From Candidatus Pacebacteria bacterium CG10_big_fil_rev_8_21_14_0_10_44_54 (lineage in GTDB: Bacteria; Patescibacteriota; Microgenomatia; UBA1400; PJMF01), in contig PFDI01000004.1 in assembly GCA_002772695.1 (NCBI GenBank), forward strand, positions 326 through 63,564: a stretch of 63,239 bases of DNA, given 5' to 3'. Below the pieces are notes generated by a model. The model worked only from the letters and a program-made list of their open reading frames with translations, was not told the origin of the DNA and did no database searches. Shown here in pieces: positions 1-9,957 of this stretch. The stretch's first letter is position 1. Every line of letters begins with the position of its first letter. The position numbers and the translations under genes were made by a program.

Positions 1-73
1 GCCAAGCTAGCCAAGGTGGTCACGGCGCGTGTCTGAAAAACACGAGATTGAAGTTCGACTCTTCAGCTTGGCA
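1..73 (+). tRNA. tRNA-Phe(GAA)
   Basis: Acceptor GCCAAGC/GCTTGGC, anticodon arm CGTGT-CT-GAA-AA-ACACG, T arm TGAAG-TTCGACT-CTTCA; no encoded CCA. Confidence 0.93.
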
Positions 74-89
74 CAAAATTGCTTTGTGC

Positions 90-287
90 TTACCGCTTGC
101 CCAACATACTGAGTATCAGTTCTTTGATAAATTTTGCGATTTCTTTTACGATAACACCGAGTGTTTTCCCAAGAAATTTGGAAGAGTCTTCGGCGACATA
201 ACCAGCTTGTCGATTAAATTCTGGTGATGAAAGATATGATTTAATGCTCATACTTTGAGTATACACGAGGTCGTTGTACAATAGCAC
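90..287 (-). CDS. Small hypothetical protein (65 aa)
   Basis: ORF fills the gap between two tRNAs; no recognisable motif. Confidence 0.45.
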   Translation of the reverse strand: MLLYNDLVYTQSMSIKSYLSSPEFNRQAGYVAEDSSKFLGKTLGVIVKEIAKFIKELILSMLGKR

Positions 288-291
288 ACGC

Positions 292-363
292 GCGAGAATA
301 GCTCAGTGGTAGAGCGCTTCCTTGCCAAGGAAGAGGTCGCGGGTTCGAACCCCGTTTCTCGCT
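292..363 (+). tRNA. tRNA-Gly(GCC)
   Basis: GCGAGAA/TTCTCGC acceptor, CTTCC-TT-GCC-AA-GGAAG anticodon arm, GGTTCGAAC T loop. Confidence 0.96.
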
Positions 364-1589
364 CAAATAAACGTAAGTGCTGTTCCGATTTTATCAGCTC
401 GACCTGTTCGACCAATACGATGAATGTAGTCCTCGTATGATTCTGGCAAGTCGTAGTTGATCACGTGGGTAACATCTTTAATGTCTACACCACGAGAGAC
501 AACATCAGTAGCTATTAGGGCCTGAATATAACTACTTTTAAATGCTTTTAATGCACGTTGTCTTTGTCCCTGAGATTTATTGCCGTGAATAGCATCAACC
601 TTGAAGCCGCGATATTGTAGTTCTTTTTTGAGCTTCTCTGCTCCGTGTTTGGTGCGACCAAAGACAAGCACTTTGGCAAAGCCGTCGGTACTAAGCAGTT
701 CATGAAGCACGTCAACTTTTGATTTTCCTTTGAGCTTCACAATTTCTTGTCTTACTTGCACGGCAACATCTTGTGTTTTTACTGATACAGTGACTGGATT
801 TTTTAGAAAACCATGCATAATCTCTCGCACCCGCGGTGTCATAGTGGCAGAGAAAAACAGCGACTGTCGTTGTTTTGGCAATATTTGAATAATCTCTCTA
901 ATTTCTTTGACAAATCCCATATCAAGCATACGATCGACCTCATCCAAGACAATATTAGTGAATTGCTCAAAGCGAATTTTTCGTCTCTGATTGAGGTCTT
1001 TGATGCGACCAGGAGTGCCAATGACAAAGTGTTGTCCACGGCGCAGTGACTCAATTTGTCGGTGGATAGGCGCTCCACCAATACAAAGGCTTGAATATAT
1101 CTGCATTCCAGGAGCAAACGACGTGAGTTCATCGCGTACTTGAAGCGCGAGCTCTCGGGTTGGGACGATGATGAGTACCTTCTCATTTTGATTGTTCTGC
1201 ACTTTTTCGAGTAGGGGAATCAAGAATGCAGCGGTTTTGCCAGTGCCTGTGTTGGCTATACCAACGACGTCTTTGCCTTCCAGGATATGAGGAATAATTT
1301 GATCTTGAATTGGGGTCGGCGTTGTATAGCCTCGCTTTGCAATATTATCCTTCAGTTGTTTGCTGATGTTGAAGTCAGCAAATGCATGCATTGGTTCAAA
1401 CGCTTTCTTTTCAACTTCTGGTAGCTGTTGCAGTTGCAATCCGGCCTGAATAATTACTGGAGTTGGATCGAAGGTCGCCTGTCTGCGACCACCTCGATTT
1501 CCACCACTACCAAATCCAGAAAAATTATTCCGACCACGATTGTTGTTGGCCCGGTTCTGAAAACCACGACCACGATTAGAGTTATACAT
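363..1589 (-). CDS. DEAD-box ATP-dependent RNA helicase (RhlE/CshA-like) with an N-terminal RGG/Asn-rich tail
   Basis: Q motif PTPIQ, motif I ANTGTGKT, PTRELA, TPGR, DEVD, SAT, HRIGRTGR. Confidence 0.95.
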   Translation of the reverse strand: MYNSNRGRGFQNRANNNRGRNNFSGFGSGGNRGGRRQATFDPTPVIIQAGLQLQQLPEVEKKAFEPMHAFADFNISKQLKDNIAKRGYTTPTPIQDQIIPHILEGKDVVGIANTGTGKTAAFLIPLLEKVQNNQNEKVLIIVPTRELALQVRDELTSFAPGMQIYSSLCIGGAPIHRQIESLRRGQHFVIGTPGRIKDLNQRRKIRFEQFTNIVLDEVDRMLDMGFVKEIREIIQILPKQRQSLFFSATMTPRVREIMHGFLKNPVTVSVKTQDVAVQVRQEIVKLKGKSKVDVLHELLSTDGFAKVLVFGRTKHGAEKLKKELQYRGFKVDAIHGNKSQGQRQRALKAFKSSYIQALIATDVVSRGVDIKDVTHVINYDLPESYEDYIHRIGRTGRADKIGTALTFI

Positions 1590-1720
1590 ATAACGCTTCT
1601 TTCTTTGCGTACTACCATTGGGTTAAAGACAAGAAGCAAGTTTGTTTAAGGGAATTTTTATGCTTAAAAAGAAATGCGAGCTAAACCCGTGTTGCAAGAT
1701 TTAGTTTACAACAGGAGTGC

Positions 1721-1748
1721 AGTATAGCATATGCGTGTTGGAAGTCAA
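1721..1748 (-). promoter_or_regulatory. Sigma70-type promoter of the DEAD-box helicase
   Basis: Minus strand TTGACT-16 nt-TATACT with TG extended -10; predicts a ~125-nt 5' UTR. Confidence 0.65.
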
Positions 1749-1768
1749 ACTATAGGATATTTTATTTG

Positions 1769-1839
1769 ATGCCCGACTTGGATTCGAACCAAGATTGACG
1801 GCTTCAAAGGCCGCTGTCCTGCCATTAGACGATCGGGCA
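1769..1839 (-). tRNA. tRNA-Gln(UUG)
   Basis: Reverse complement TGCCCGA/TCGGGCA acceptor, GCGGC-CT-TTG-AA-GCCGT anticodon arm, TTCGAAT T loop. Confidence 0.94.
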
Positions 1840-1841
1840 AC

Positions 1842-3389
1842 TCAACGGGTATTGTAACATTGCTCCAGATTGATTTCACCGATTAGCTGTGGACCCTCGA
1901 ACACCATGCCAGTGATGAGTTGTACCAAGTCAGCGCCGAGGCGAATCTTCTCTGCCGCGTCTTCTGGTGTGAAAATGCCACCTGTGCCAACGATGACAAA
2001 CCTATTGCCAAATTCTTTTTTGGTAAGAGCAATATATTTGTTTGATTGTTTCCAGGTTGGTTTACCACTGACGTTGCCTCGCAACATTTTCCAGTGTTTG
2101 CGATCGGCAGAAGTCATGGCTGTATTTTGCTTATTTTTGCTCAAATTGCCAAAGATTACCCCGGCAACTTTGTGTTTGGCGGCAACAATGAGGAGTGTTC
2201 TTGTTTCTTGTTCATTTTGGTCGATGGGCATTTTGAGGAAAATCGGTTTTGAGATCTTTAGTTTATCGAGTGCGCGAAGTAGCAACTCTAGTCTGTCAGG
2301 CGTAGTGAATGGTTCGCCCTCAAACGTATTGGGACAACTGATGTTCATTTCGTAGTACAGATGCTCTACGCTTGAGTTTTCGAAGAGTCTAAAGCACTGT
2401 AGGATGTCAAGCATTTGTTGTCTAGTTGAGTCAAAGTGTTTGTTGGTGCTGGCGATGCTAATGCCCGTTGGGATTTCAAATCGTACTTTTTGTAAATCAG
2501 TAATGATGGCTTTGGCACCAAGATTTTTGAGACCTTTGTTTACCAGCAGAGCTTTGGAGTCTGGAAACCTGCCGAGTCGTGGTTTTTGATTTCCTCCATA
2601 TGACTCCAGGGTGACGGTACCAATAGTGTGCCAGCCAAAACCAACAGCCGGAACTGCTCCCGATAATTGTCCGTTGTAATCGAAACCAGCAGAAAGACCA
2701 ATCTTGTTGGGGAAGTTTATGCCAGCCTGCGTCGTGAGAAGCTTGGGGTCTTTTACCGAGAAACAGAGACTAAGAAGTGTTTTGCCCAATTTTGAGTTGC
2801 CCAAAAATTGGCCGAGGTTGAGCATGTTTGTGTGAACAGACTCAGCATCAAAAAGAAAAAAAATTGGTTTGAGCAGGTAGCGGTACACGATTCCAAGTTT
2901 TTTTTGCAAGAGTGATCTAATAAAAAATGCTGGTGATTGCAATGACATTTTGAGGTATATGGTTGTAATCACAAAAAGTGAAATCGAAGTAGCAGCCGAG
3001 ATGAGACAGTACTTACACCATTCGCCGATTGCAAATGCCATGATTGAAATCAGATAGATAGAAAAAACAAAGCCAAAGATCGTGAGAAGCCAAAGAAGTT
3101 CTATCGGTGTAGCTTTAAATCTTCGCCATTTTTTTGAAATCGCTTGCTGATCCAAATCAAAGACATGCAGTAGACTCAAGATAAAAACAGTGATGTAGTA
3201 CATAAAGCCAAGATATGCGACCGGTAATGGGCCGATGTGCGCCCAGGGGCTTGAGAGCACACTGCCGCAGTCAAAGTTGCTGCCACATGTAGGTACTATT
3301 TGTTGCCATTCCTGCCAGCTAATATAGCCGGAATCGAGTATGCCGATAAGCGAGAGTGAAACGAGTAAAAGCGAGAGTAACACTTGCAT
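1842..3389 (-). CDS. pyrD: Fusion of a vitamin K epoxide reductase (VKOR) domain and a membrane-type (class 2-like) dihydroorotate dehydrogenase
   Basis: N-terminal TM helices with CGSNFDC loop, SVLSSPWA and WCKYC; C-terminal FPNKIGLSAGFD, GTVT, KPRLGR, NISCPN, SGKP, GTGGIFT, ADLVQLITG. Confidence 0.9.
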   Translation of the reverse strand: MQVLLSLLLVSLSLIGILDSGYISWQEWQQIVPTCGSNFDCGSVLSSPWAHIGPLPVAYLGFMYYITVFILSLLHVFDLDQQAISKKWRRFKATPIELLWLLTIFGFVFSIYLISIMAFAIGEWCKYCLISAATSISLFVITTIYLKMSLQSPAFFIRSLLQKKLGIVYRYLLKPIFFLFDAESVHTNMLNLGQFLGNSKLGKTLLSLCFSVKDPKLLTTQAGINFPNKIGLSAGFDYNGQLSGAVPAVGFGWHTIGTVTLESYGGNQKPRLGRFPDSKALLVNKGLKNLGAKAIITDLQKVRFEIPTGISIASTNKHFDSTRQQMLDILQCFRLFENSSVEHLYYEMNISCPNTFEGEPFTTPDRLELLLRALDKLKISKPIFLKMPIDQNEQETRTLLIVAAKHKVAGVIFGNLSKNKQNTAMTSADRKHWKMLRGNVSGKPTWKQSNKYIALTKKEFGNRFVIVGTGGIFTPEDAAEKIRLGADLVQLITGMVFEGPQLIGEINLEQCYNTR

Positions 3390-3410
3390 TCTGTTTGTTA
3401 TAGTACTCGG

Positions 3411-4157
3411 TTATTTCTGTAAGACAAGATAATGATTGAGATTTTTTTCTTTGCCGTCAGCATAGAATTCTTTGATAAGTGTTAGGCTAGAATTAGCTAC
3501 TAATTTTTTTCGTTCATTGCGCGTGGTATGGTTGGCATAGCGTAGAGCAGCAGTTCCTCGTTGCCAATCAAGGATATAGTCACCCGATTCAAGTTTGTTT
3601 GTATCAAGCCCAAGAATGTTGGGATCAACTTGTTTTTTTTCGAGTCGTTTTGCCTCGATAAAATCCCAAAAAGTAATCACACAGATGCCAGTTACATTAA
3701 GCTGTTTGCGCAACTTGATAAAAAAAATGGTCCGCAATTTTTCACTTGGTATATGGTGCACGAAACCAAAAACTACCACGATGTCGAATGTTTGATCTGG
3801 GATAACTTGCTGGTTTTGCAACAAGCGTTGGATAATATCTTCATTTTGAAATGTAGTGTTGATGTTGTCAGAAAGGCGTTGTTTTTTTGCAAACTCTAGC
3901 AACTGCTTGTTGTTATCAACCCCAAGATACTCAAACTGCAAATAAGGACACTTTTGAGAAAGAAAGTGAGCAAACCTGCCATTACCGCAAGCCATATCTA
4001 GGACGCGAATGGGTTTATTTCTTAGCTTAGTAATAATTGGAAGTAGTTCGCTCCAGCCATCCCAAGATTTGTTTCTCGATTGACAAAATTCAGCAGCTGC
4101 TTTGTTATAAAAGCTGGTTGTGATATTGGCAAGTCGCTGTAGTGTTTTGTCATCCAT
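3411..4157 (-). CDS. Class I SAM-dependent methyltransferase
   Basis: VLDMACGNGRF motif I, GVD motif II. Confidence 0.85.
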   Translation of the reverse strand: MDDKTLQRLANITTSFYNKAAAEFCQSRNKSWDGWSELLPIITKLRNKPIRVLDMACGNGRFAHFLSQKCPYLQFEYLGVDNNKQLLEFAKKQRLSDNINTTFQNEDIIQRLLQNQQVIPDQTFDIVVVFGFVHHIPSEKLRTIFFIKLRKQLNVTGICVITFWDFIEAKRLEKKQVDPNILGLDTNKLESGDYILDWQRGTAALRYANHTTRNERKKLVANSSLTLIKEFYADGKEKNLNHYLVLQK

Positions 4158-4195
4158 GCTGATATTTCCAGACTAGCAGCTATAATAAATATCCT

Positions 4196-6004
4196 ATGTC
4201 TCGATCTACACAGTATACCAGTGACGTAAAACAACTTGATGGGCTGGTGGAAGAGTTGTTGCAGTGTGAAGCTTTGGATCGAACAAAAATTGAGAAGATC
4301 AAAAAAAAGCATGCACGTGTCAATGGTGATGTATTCTCGCAGTCAGCAATTTTGGACCATTACAGGAAGCTTATGGCAAAAGATTCGAGTGCGACACAAT
4401 CAAAAAAACTACTCGCCTTATTACTCAAAAAACCAACGAGAACTTTGTCTGGTGTTGCGCCAATTACCGTTCTCACCAAACCCTTTCCCTGCCCTGGGAA
4501 GTGCATTTTTTGTCCCAATGATGTTCGAATGCCCAAGAGTTACTTGGCCGACGAACCTGGTGCGCAACGGGCCGAAAGAAATTACTTCGATCCCTATTTG
4601 CAAACCTACAATAGGCTGATGGCATTACAAACCATCGGACATGATGTCTCCAAAGCCGAGTTGATTATTCTTGGTGGCACTTGGTCATTTTATCCAGAGG
4701 CATACCAAATTTGGTTCATCAAGGAGTGTTTTCGCGCTCTCAATGAGTTTGCTGAAAGTGTTAACTCGATAGCCGAGGTAGAAGCGGTTTATACCGAGCT
4801 TGAAGCAAACTTACAAACAGGGCGTAGCAATAATCCAAAAAAAAATAAACAACGATTCGCTGCGCAAGAAATTGACGGACTGGATCTAAAAAAATCATAT
4901 AATAAGGTTATTTCACAGTTATACGTCGCACCAGAAAAAATAGGCGGTTTTGATAGATATCAATCGGCCGACTGGTCAGAGCTAGAGGCTCAACAAATGA
5001 CTAATGAGAACTCGAGGATTCGTAATGTCGGTCTGGTGATTGAGACAAGACCAGACTCGATATCGGAAAAAGAAGTTTTGAGAATCAGACGACTGGGTTG
5101 TACCAAGACTCAAATTGGGGTGCAGAGTTTGCAGGACGCTGTGCTTTTAAAAAATAATCGCGGCCATGATGTAGCAGCTACGTGCAGAGCATTTGCTCTA
5201 CTGCGATCTGCTGGGTTTAAGATACATGCGCACTGGATGGCAAATTTGCATGGCTCTTCGGTTGAGATGGACAAACGTGACTTTGATCAGTTATTTGCTG
5301 ATCCAGATTTTTGTCCCGATGAGCTCAAGGTATACCCTTGCTCGCTTGTTGGTAGTGCCGAATTAGCAAAGTATTACAAAACTGGGCAATGGCAGCCTTA
5401 TACGCAGAGTGAATTGTTGGAAGTAGTCTCACATACGCTTACCAATACTCCAGAATATTGTCGGCTCACTCGAGTGATTCGAGACATACCTTCGCAAGAT
5501 ATAGTTGTGGGTAATAAAAAAACTAATTTCCGTGAAATCGCTACAAGCTCAGTAACAAAACTTAGGCTAGTACAGCCTGATATACGGGCTCGTGAAATTC
5601 GCGGAAAATCTGTGAAACGAGATGAGTTACGATTGAAAATGTTTTGCTATAAGACTTCAGTTGGGATAGAGGTTTTTTTTCAACATGTTACAAAACAAAA
5701 TAAAATTGCATCATTTTTGCGCTTGTTGTTGCCACATCAGCCGTCATTTGTGCCGGAACTTGGTAGTTCTGCAGTTGTACGCGAACTACATGTTTATGGC
5801 CAACTCGTTTCCCTTGGCAGCAAGGCAGATACGAAGCAATCACAACATCTGGGATTAGGAAGCGAGTTACTCGAAGTGGCAAAAGTAGAAGCAACCCAAG
5901 CAGGATATAAAAATTTGGCAGTAATTTCGGCAATTGGCACCAAAGAGTACTACAAAAAAAGACACTTTCGAAATGGAAAGTTATATCAGCACTGTGCGTT
6001 GTGA
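4196..6004 (+). CDS. elp3: Elp3-family radical SAM/GNAT tRNA uridine(34) acetyltransferase
   Basis: CPGKCIFCP cluster motif, PKSY, GGT, ETRPD, HWMANL, C-terminal RELHVYG and QHLGLG GNAT motifs. Confidence 0.92.
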   Translation: MSRSTQYTSDVKQLDGLVEELLQCEALDRTKIEKIKKKHARVNGDVFSQSAILDHYRKLMAKDSSATQSKKLLALLLKKPTRTLSGVAPITVLTKPFPCPGKCIFCPNDVRMPKSYLADEPGAQRAERNYFDPYLQTYNRLMALQTIGHDVSKAELIILGGTWSFYPEAYQIWFIKECFRALNEFAESVNSIAEVEAVYTELEANLQTGRSNNPKKNKQRFAAQEIDGLDLKKSYNKVISQLYVAPEKIGGFDRYQSADWSELEAQQMTNENSRIRNVGLVIETRPDSISEKEVLRIRRLGCTKTQIGVQSLQDAVLLKNNRGHDVAATCRAFALLRSAGFKIHAHWMANLHGSSVEMDKRDFDQLFADPDFCPDELKVYPCSLVGSAELAKYYKTGQWQPYTQSELLEVVSHTLTNTPEYCRLTRVIRDIPSQDIVVGNKKTNFREIATSSVTKLRLVQPDIRAREIRGKSVKRDELRLKMFCYKTSVGIEVFFQHVTKQNKIASFLRLLLPHQPSFVPELGSSAVVRELHVYGQLVSLGSKADTKQSQHLGLGSELLEVAKVEATQAGYKNLAVISAIGTKEYYKKRHFRNGKLYQHCAL

Positions 6005-6006
6005 AT

Positions 6007-6339
6007 CTATTCGTTGAGTAAGCGCTTGTGTGTATAGGCAATTTTTCGTTTCATGACTGTCTCGATATCAATATCAAGCTCGATTGCAAGCAACACCAAC
6101 GATCCGAGTACGTCTGCAAATTCATCTTCAACATTTTGATGTGAGAATTTGGCAATTTTGCTATTGCGTTGAATATTCATGCTTGTTAGCAGTTCGTCTG
6201 ACAATTCTCCAAGTTCCTCTACAATTTTCATGGTGCGCGCAAAAACGCGTTGTTGGTTATTTTTTAGTGGCCAGAGCCGATTGAGGATATCAGCAATAGC
6301 TTGGTATTCTTTGGTAAGTTTTGAAATTGTCATCGACAC
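6007..6339 (-). CDS. MazG-like nucleotide pyrophosphohydrolase
   Basis: KIVEELGEL...EDEFADV acidic MazG motif. Confidence 0.8.
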   Translation of the reverse strand: MSMTISKLTKEYQAIADILNRLWPLKNNQQRVFARTMKIVEELGELSDELLTSMNIQRNSKIAKFSHQNVEDEFADVLGSLVLLAIELDIDIETVMKRKIAYTHKRLLNE

Positions 6340-6345
6340 AATTTT

Positions 6346-7779
6346 TTATTGTATCACGGATGCCTGGTAGGAGTGCCAATATTTATTGCACCAATCAGTG
6401 CCAAAACCAGGCAATGTGGCACAAACCTGAGCAGATTCTGGTTGTAGCAGAGCAAGGATGAGAATTTGTTGGTCTGTTGCTACTTGGTAGCGAGGCAATT
6501 TTCTAGTTAGCCTTTCTCTCCAGACTATGCATTTTTGTAATTGGACACGTTCAGCAGTATCTACAAGTGTTTTTTGTATTTGATCGGCATGCATTTGGTC
6601 ACTGCAGCGATCACACGACACACATGTTGTTTTGTCATTTTTTTGCCCAAAGTAGGCTGCAATTTGTTTGGTGAGACATCTAGAGTTGTATAAAACTTTG
6701 ATGACTTGTTGTAGCTTTTTATTGAGAGAATGAATCTGCACCAGCACCTTAAAATCCTTTTTGAGTAGTAGTACATAGCCCTGTGACGACTTTGTATCTC
6801 TACCTGCTCTACCCACTTCTTGGTAGTACTGCTCGATACTTGCTGGAGGATGGTAGTGAATGACAAATCGGACATCAGACTTATCAATTCCCATACCGAA
6901 TGCGCTGGTTGCTATTATTATTTGTATGTCTCCGGACATAAATCTATGCTGTTTTTTTACTCGCTGTGCATATTCCATGCCACCGTGATAATTGGCAACC
7001 TTCATTTTTGTTTGAGGCACAAAGCGTTTGATAGTTTGCAGCACTTCAAGCGTTGCAGCTCTGGTTGCTACATAAATTATTCCAGTTTCATGCTGGTGTT
7101 TTCTCAAGATTCGGAGTAAATGGATAACTTTTTCTAAAATTGTTTCACACTGGATTATTTGTAGCAAAATATTTGATCTGACAGCAGGCAGTGAGAATAT
7201 CTTTGTATTTTTCATCTCAAGACTTGAAATTATGTCATTTCTTGTTTGCAGAGTAGCTGTCGCAGTAAAAGCGGTTATAATTGGTCGTACTTTCCATATT
7301 GAAAGTACTGCTGTAATATTTCTATACTCTGGTCTAAAATCGTGTCCCCATTCACTAATGCAGTGCGCTTCGTCTACTACAAGCTGAGACACACCTTTTT
7401 TTGCAAGCATTGATTGAAATTTTTTTTGCCGCAATCGCTCTGGTGTACAGTACAAAATCTTCCATTTTCCTGCCAGAACCTCCTTCATTCTTATCAGTGT
7501 GTCTTGTCTAGTGAGCTGTCCAGAAAATAAAGTAGCAGGAATGCCTTTGGCTTGTAGGTTCTTGACTTGGTCTTCCATCAGCGCAATAAGTGGCGAGATT
7601 ACAATAGTGAGTTTTGGCAAGATTAATGCTGGAATTTGAAAACAGACAGATTTGCCACTACCTGTTGGGAGGAGGACTAGAGTATCTTTGCCAGACAATA
7701 TAGCCTGGACAATAGCAGCTTGTAGTGGTCGGAACGACTTTATACCAAAATATCTGTAAAGAACTTGTGAGGGATGCAT
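6346..7779 (-). CDS. recQ: RecQ-family DNA helicase
   Basis: LPTGSGKS, DEAHCISEWGHDFRP, TATAT, AFGMGIDK, QEVGRAGRD, Zn-binding Cys cluster. Confidence 0.93.
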   Translation of the reverse strand: MHPSQVLYRYFGIKSFRPLQAAIVQAILSGKDTLVLLPTGSGKSVCFQIPALILPKLTIVISPLIALMEDQVKNLQAKGIPATLFSGQLTRQDTLIRMKEVLAGKWKILYCTPERLRQKKFQSMLAKKGVSQLVVDEAHCISEWGHDFRPEYRNITAVLSIWKVRPIITAFTATATLQTRNDIISSLEMKNTKIFSLPAVRSNILLQIIQCETILEKVIHLLRILRKHQHETGIIYVATRAATLEVLQTIKRFVPQTKMKVANYHGGMEYAQRVKKQHRFMSGDIQIIIATSAFGMGIDKSDVRFVIHYHPPASIEQYYQEVGRAGRDTKSSQGYVLLLKKDFKVLVQIHSLNKKLQQVIKVLYNSRCLTKQIAAYFGQKNDKTTCVSCDRCSDQMHADQIQKTLVDTAERVQLQKCIVWRERLTRKLPRYQVATDQQILILALLQPESAQVCATLPGFGTDWCNKYWHSYQASVIQ

Positions 7780-7820
7780 GCCTGATCTTGGCAGAATTTG
7801 TTGACAACAACTGTAATGTC

Positions 7821-9002
7821 TTACGAGAAGTAATTTTTATCTTTCAGTTTCTCTGGTAATAAACTCTCCTTTGAATCAGGATACATCTCGTATCCCTTGC
7901 CATATCCAAGCTCCTTCATTAGCTTAGTTGGAGCATTTCTTAGATGTAATGGTATTGGTAAGTTCCCATGCTTCTTTACGTCATCCAGTGCTGCAAAGTA
8001 GGCATCATACGCAGAGCGATTTTTTTTGCAGTTGCTTAGATATGCTACGCCATGAGCTAGGTTGATTTGTGCTTCTGGATAGCCAATTGTTTCGACTGCA
8101 CGAAATACTTCGTTTGCAACCACCAGTGCGGTGGGCGCAGCAAGGCCGATATCTTCACTGGCAAAGACAACCATTCTGCGGGCAATAAATTTGGGATCCT
8201 CACCAGCATGGACCATTCTCGCGAGGTAATACAATGCGGCACTGCTATTACTCGCCCGCATTGATTTGATAAATGCGCTGATTGTATCGTAGTGCTCTTC
8301 ACCTGCTTTATCATAACGAATAAGGTTTGATTGTAAGCTTGCCTTTATATTTTCAATCGTTATTTGATCATAGAGTGCTTTGGTGTGTTCTAGTGTATTG
8401 AGTAGTTTGCGTGCATCACCAGCTGAGTATTCTACAAGCCAGTCTTTTGTATTTTTGTCGATTTTTATGGATATGTGTTCTGCGTCTTTCCAGTAATCTT
8501 GGGATCTGTGGATTACTTTATATAATTCATCATGATTTAGCTGTTGTAAGGTATACACTTTAGTTCTCGAAAGTAGCGCAGAAATAATTTCAAAACTAGG
8601 ATTTTCCGTTGTTGCACCAATCAGTAGCAACTCCCCTGTCTCCACGTATGGCAGCAAAAAGTCTTGTTGGGCTTTATTGAAGCGATGTATTTCGTCCAGG
8701 AATAGCACTGGTGCGAGTGTTGATTGATCAAGTCGCTTTTGTTTTCGTTCATTTTCTATGATCACACGGATATCTGCTTTGCCAGCTGATACGGCAGATA
8801 GCTCATAAAATTCTCGCCGCTGTTCTTTGGCTATGATTCGGGCAAGGGTTGTTTTGCCTACACCAGGAGGACCCCAAAAAATCATAGAAAAAACCAAGTT
8901 CCTTTTGAGCGACTCAGTGATCGGCTTACCTGGTCCAATGAGATGTGGTTGTCCCAGATACTCGTCGAGTGAGTTGGGTCGTAAGATGTTTGCAAGCGGC
9001 AT
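7821..9002 (-). CDS. rarA: Replication-associated recombination protein A (RarA/MgsA); start reassigned to ATG 9002
   Basis: [48 protein letters not shown]. Confidence 0.95.
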   Translation of the reverse strand: MPLANILRPNSLDEYLGQPHLIGPGKPITESLKRNLVFSMIFWGPPGVGKTTLARIIAKEQRREFYELSAVSAGKADIRVIIENERKQKRLDQSTLAPVLFLDEIHRFNKAQQDFLLPYVETGELLLIGATTENPSFEIISALLSRTKVYTLQQLNHDELYKVIHRSQDYWKDAEHISIKIDKNTKDWLVEYSAGDARKLLNTLEHTKALYDQITIENIKASLQSNLIRYDKAGEEHYDTISAFIKSMRASNSSAALYYLARMVHAGEDPKFIARRMVVFASEDIGLAAPTALVVANEVFRAVETIGYPEAQINLAHGVAYLSNCKKNRSAYDAYFAALDDVKKHGNLPIPLHLRNAPTKLMKELGYGKGYEMYPDSKESLLPEKLKDKNYFS

Positions 9003-9006
9003 ACTA

Positions 9007-9957
9007 CTACTGTAGCAGTATTTTGTAGATTTTGTTCTTCTTTTCTTCGGTGAGGTGAATACAGACGAGTCCTGTCCTAGGTTGTCCATAATAGATTGCT
9101 GTTCCCAGTGGTGCGAGCAAGATAAGTACTGCGGCTGCCAAGTCCTCTTCTCCTTCGACAAATATATAGCGATGTTTTTTTTTGAGCGCAGCGGTGAGTG
9201 TCTTGGTCAGATGAATCGAAATACTACCAGCTGGATTAACCGCGAGCAGCTCTATTTGGTGATTTGGCACAACAGGTGGGTAGTAGATTTTTCTTTGGAT
9301 TCTATAATCAAAAACCGCCAGATCATGTTTCCAGCTGTTTGCCAAAAACTTCTGTAGTGATGAATCGCCAACGACTATCTGCAACCCTTTGCTACTCGTT
9401 GGTTGTTCTAGTACTTCTCCTTGAATCTCTGCAAAGAACTCTCGCTGTTTTTTATCAAGCACGATTGTTTTGGCCAGAGCCTGGTTATAGAGCCTGCCAT
9501 TGCGACTGGCAACTCCCTGACGAATACTCGTACTGCTTAGAGGCGTGCCATCACAAAGCATCACTAGCGGGACCTGCACTATTGGCAGTACAGGAAGATT
9601 TTGTTTAGTTCTTGTTTGGTTGATGATATCTGCTCCCGGCATTGTATCCGAGGAAACACAGAGCACATCTATTTTTGTGTCGCTCAATATTGTTGGTCCA
9701 AATATGTTTTTGAGCGGAAAAATTTTACATGGATAGTGTTTTTGCTTGCAGTAGTTTTCGACGTCTTTGACACGAGCGGCAAATGGTTCGAGGGTAGCTG
9801 CTGCTTGTTTTTCTAGTGATCTGGCAAACACATCTGTTGTGACTCCGATGGCAAGCTTTTCTGCGATGCTACCTGCTTCATCAATCAGCGCCTGATGCCC
9901 AAGATGAAAATGATCAAAGGTGCCACCGAGCCCCGCCAGCTTGTACTTTTTTGTCAT
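9007..9957 (-). CDS. coaD: Archaeal-type phosphopantetheine adenylyltransferase fused to a DUF359 (GTP-dependent dephospho-CoA kinase-like) domain
   Basis: GGTFDHFHLGH (HxGH), LSSTSIR, then VVGD, DYRIQR, NPAGSI, VEGEEDLA, YGQP. Confidence 0.8.
   Translation of the reverse strand: MTKKYKLAGLGGTFDHFHLGHQALIDEAGSIAEKLAIGVTTDVFARSLEKQAAATLEPFAARVKDVENYCKQKHYPCKIFPLKNIFGPTILSDTKIDVLCVSSDTMPGADIINQTRTKQNLPVLPIVQVPLVMLCDGTPLSSTSIRQGVASRNGRLYNQALAKTIVLDKKQREFFAEIQGEVLEQPTSSKGLQIVVGDSSLQKFLANSWKHDLAVFDYRIQRKIYYPPVVPNHQIELLAVNPAGSISIHLTKTLTAALKKKHRYIFVEGEEDLAAAVLILLAPLGTAIYYGQPRTGLVCIHLTEEKKNKIYKILLQ

Noticed and set aside
1870-2355. Long antisense ORFs across the window (e.g. 1870..2355, 51749..52393, 61736..62386, 62558..63106)
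   Set aside because: They lie opposite clearly conserved genes and have no motifs; shadow ORFs.
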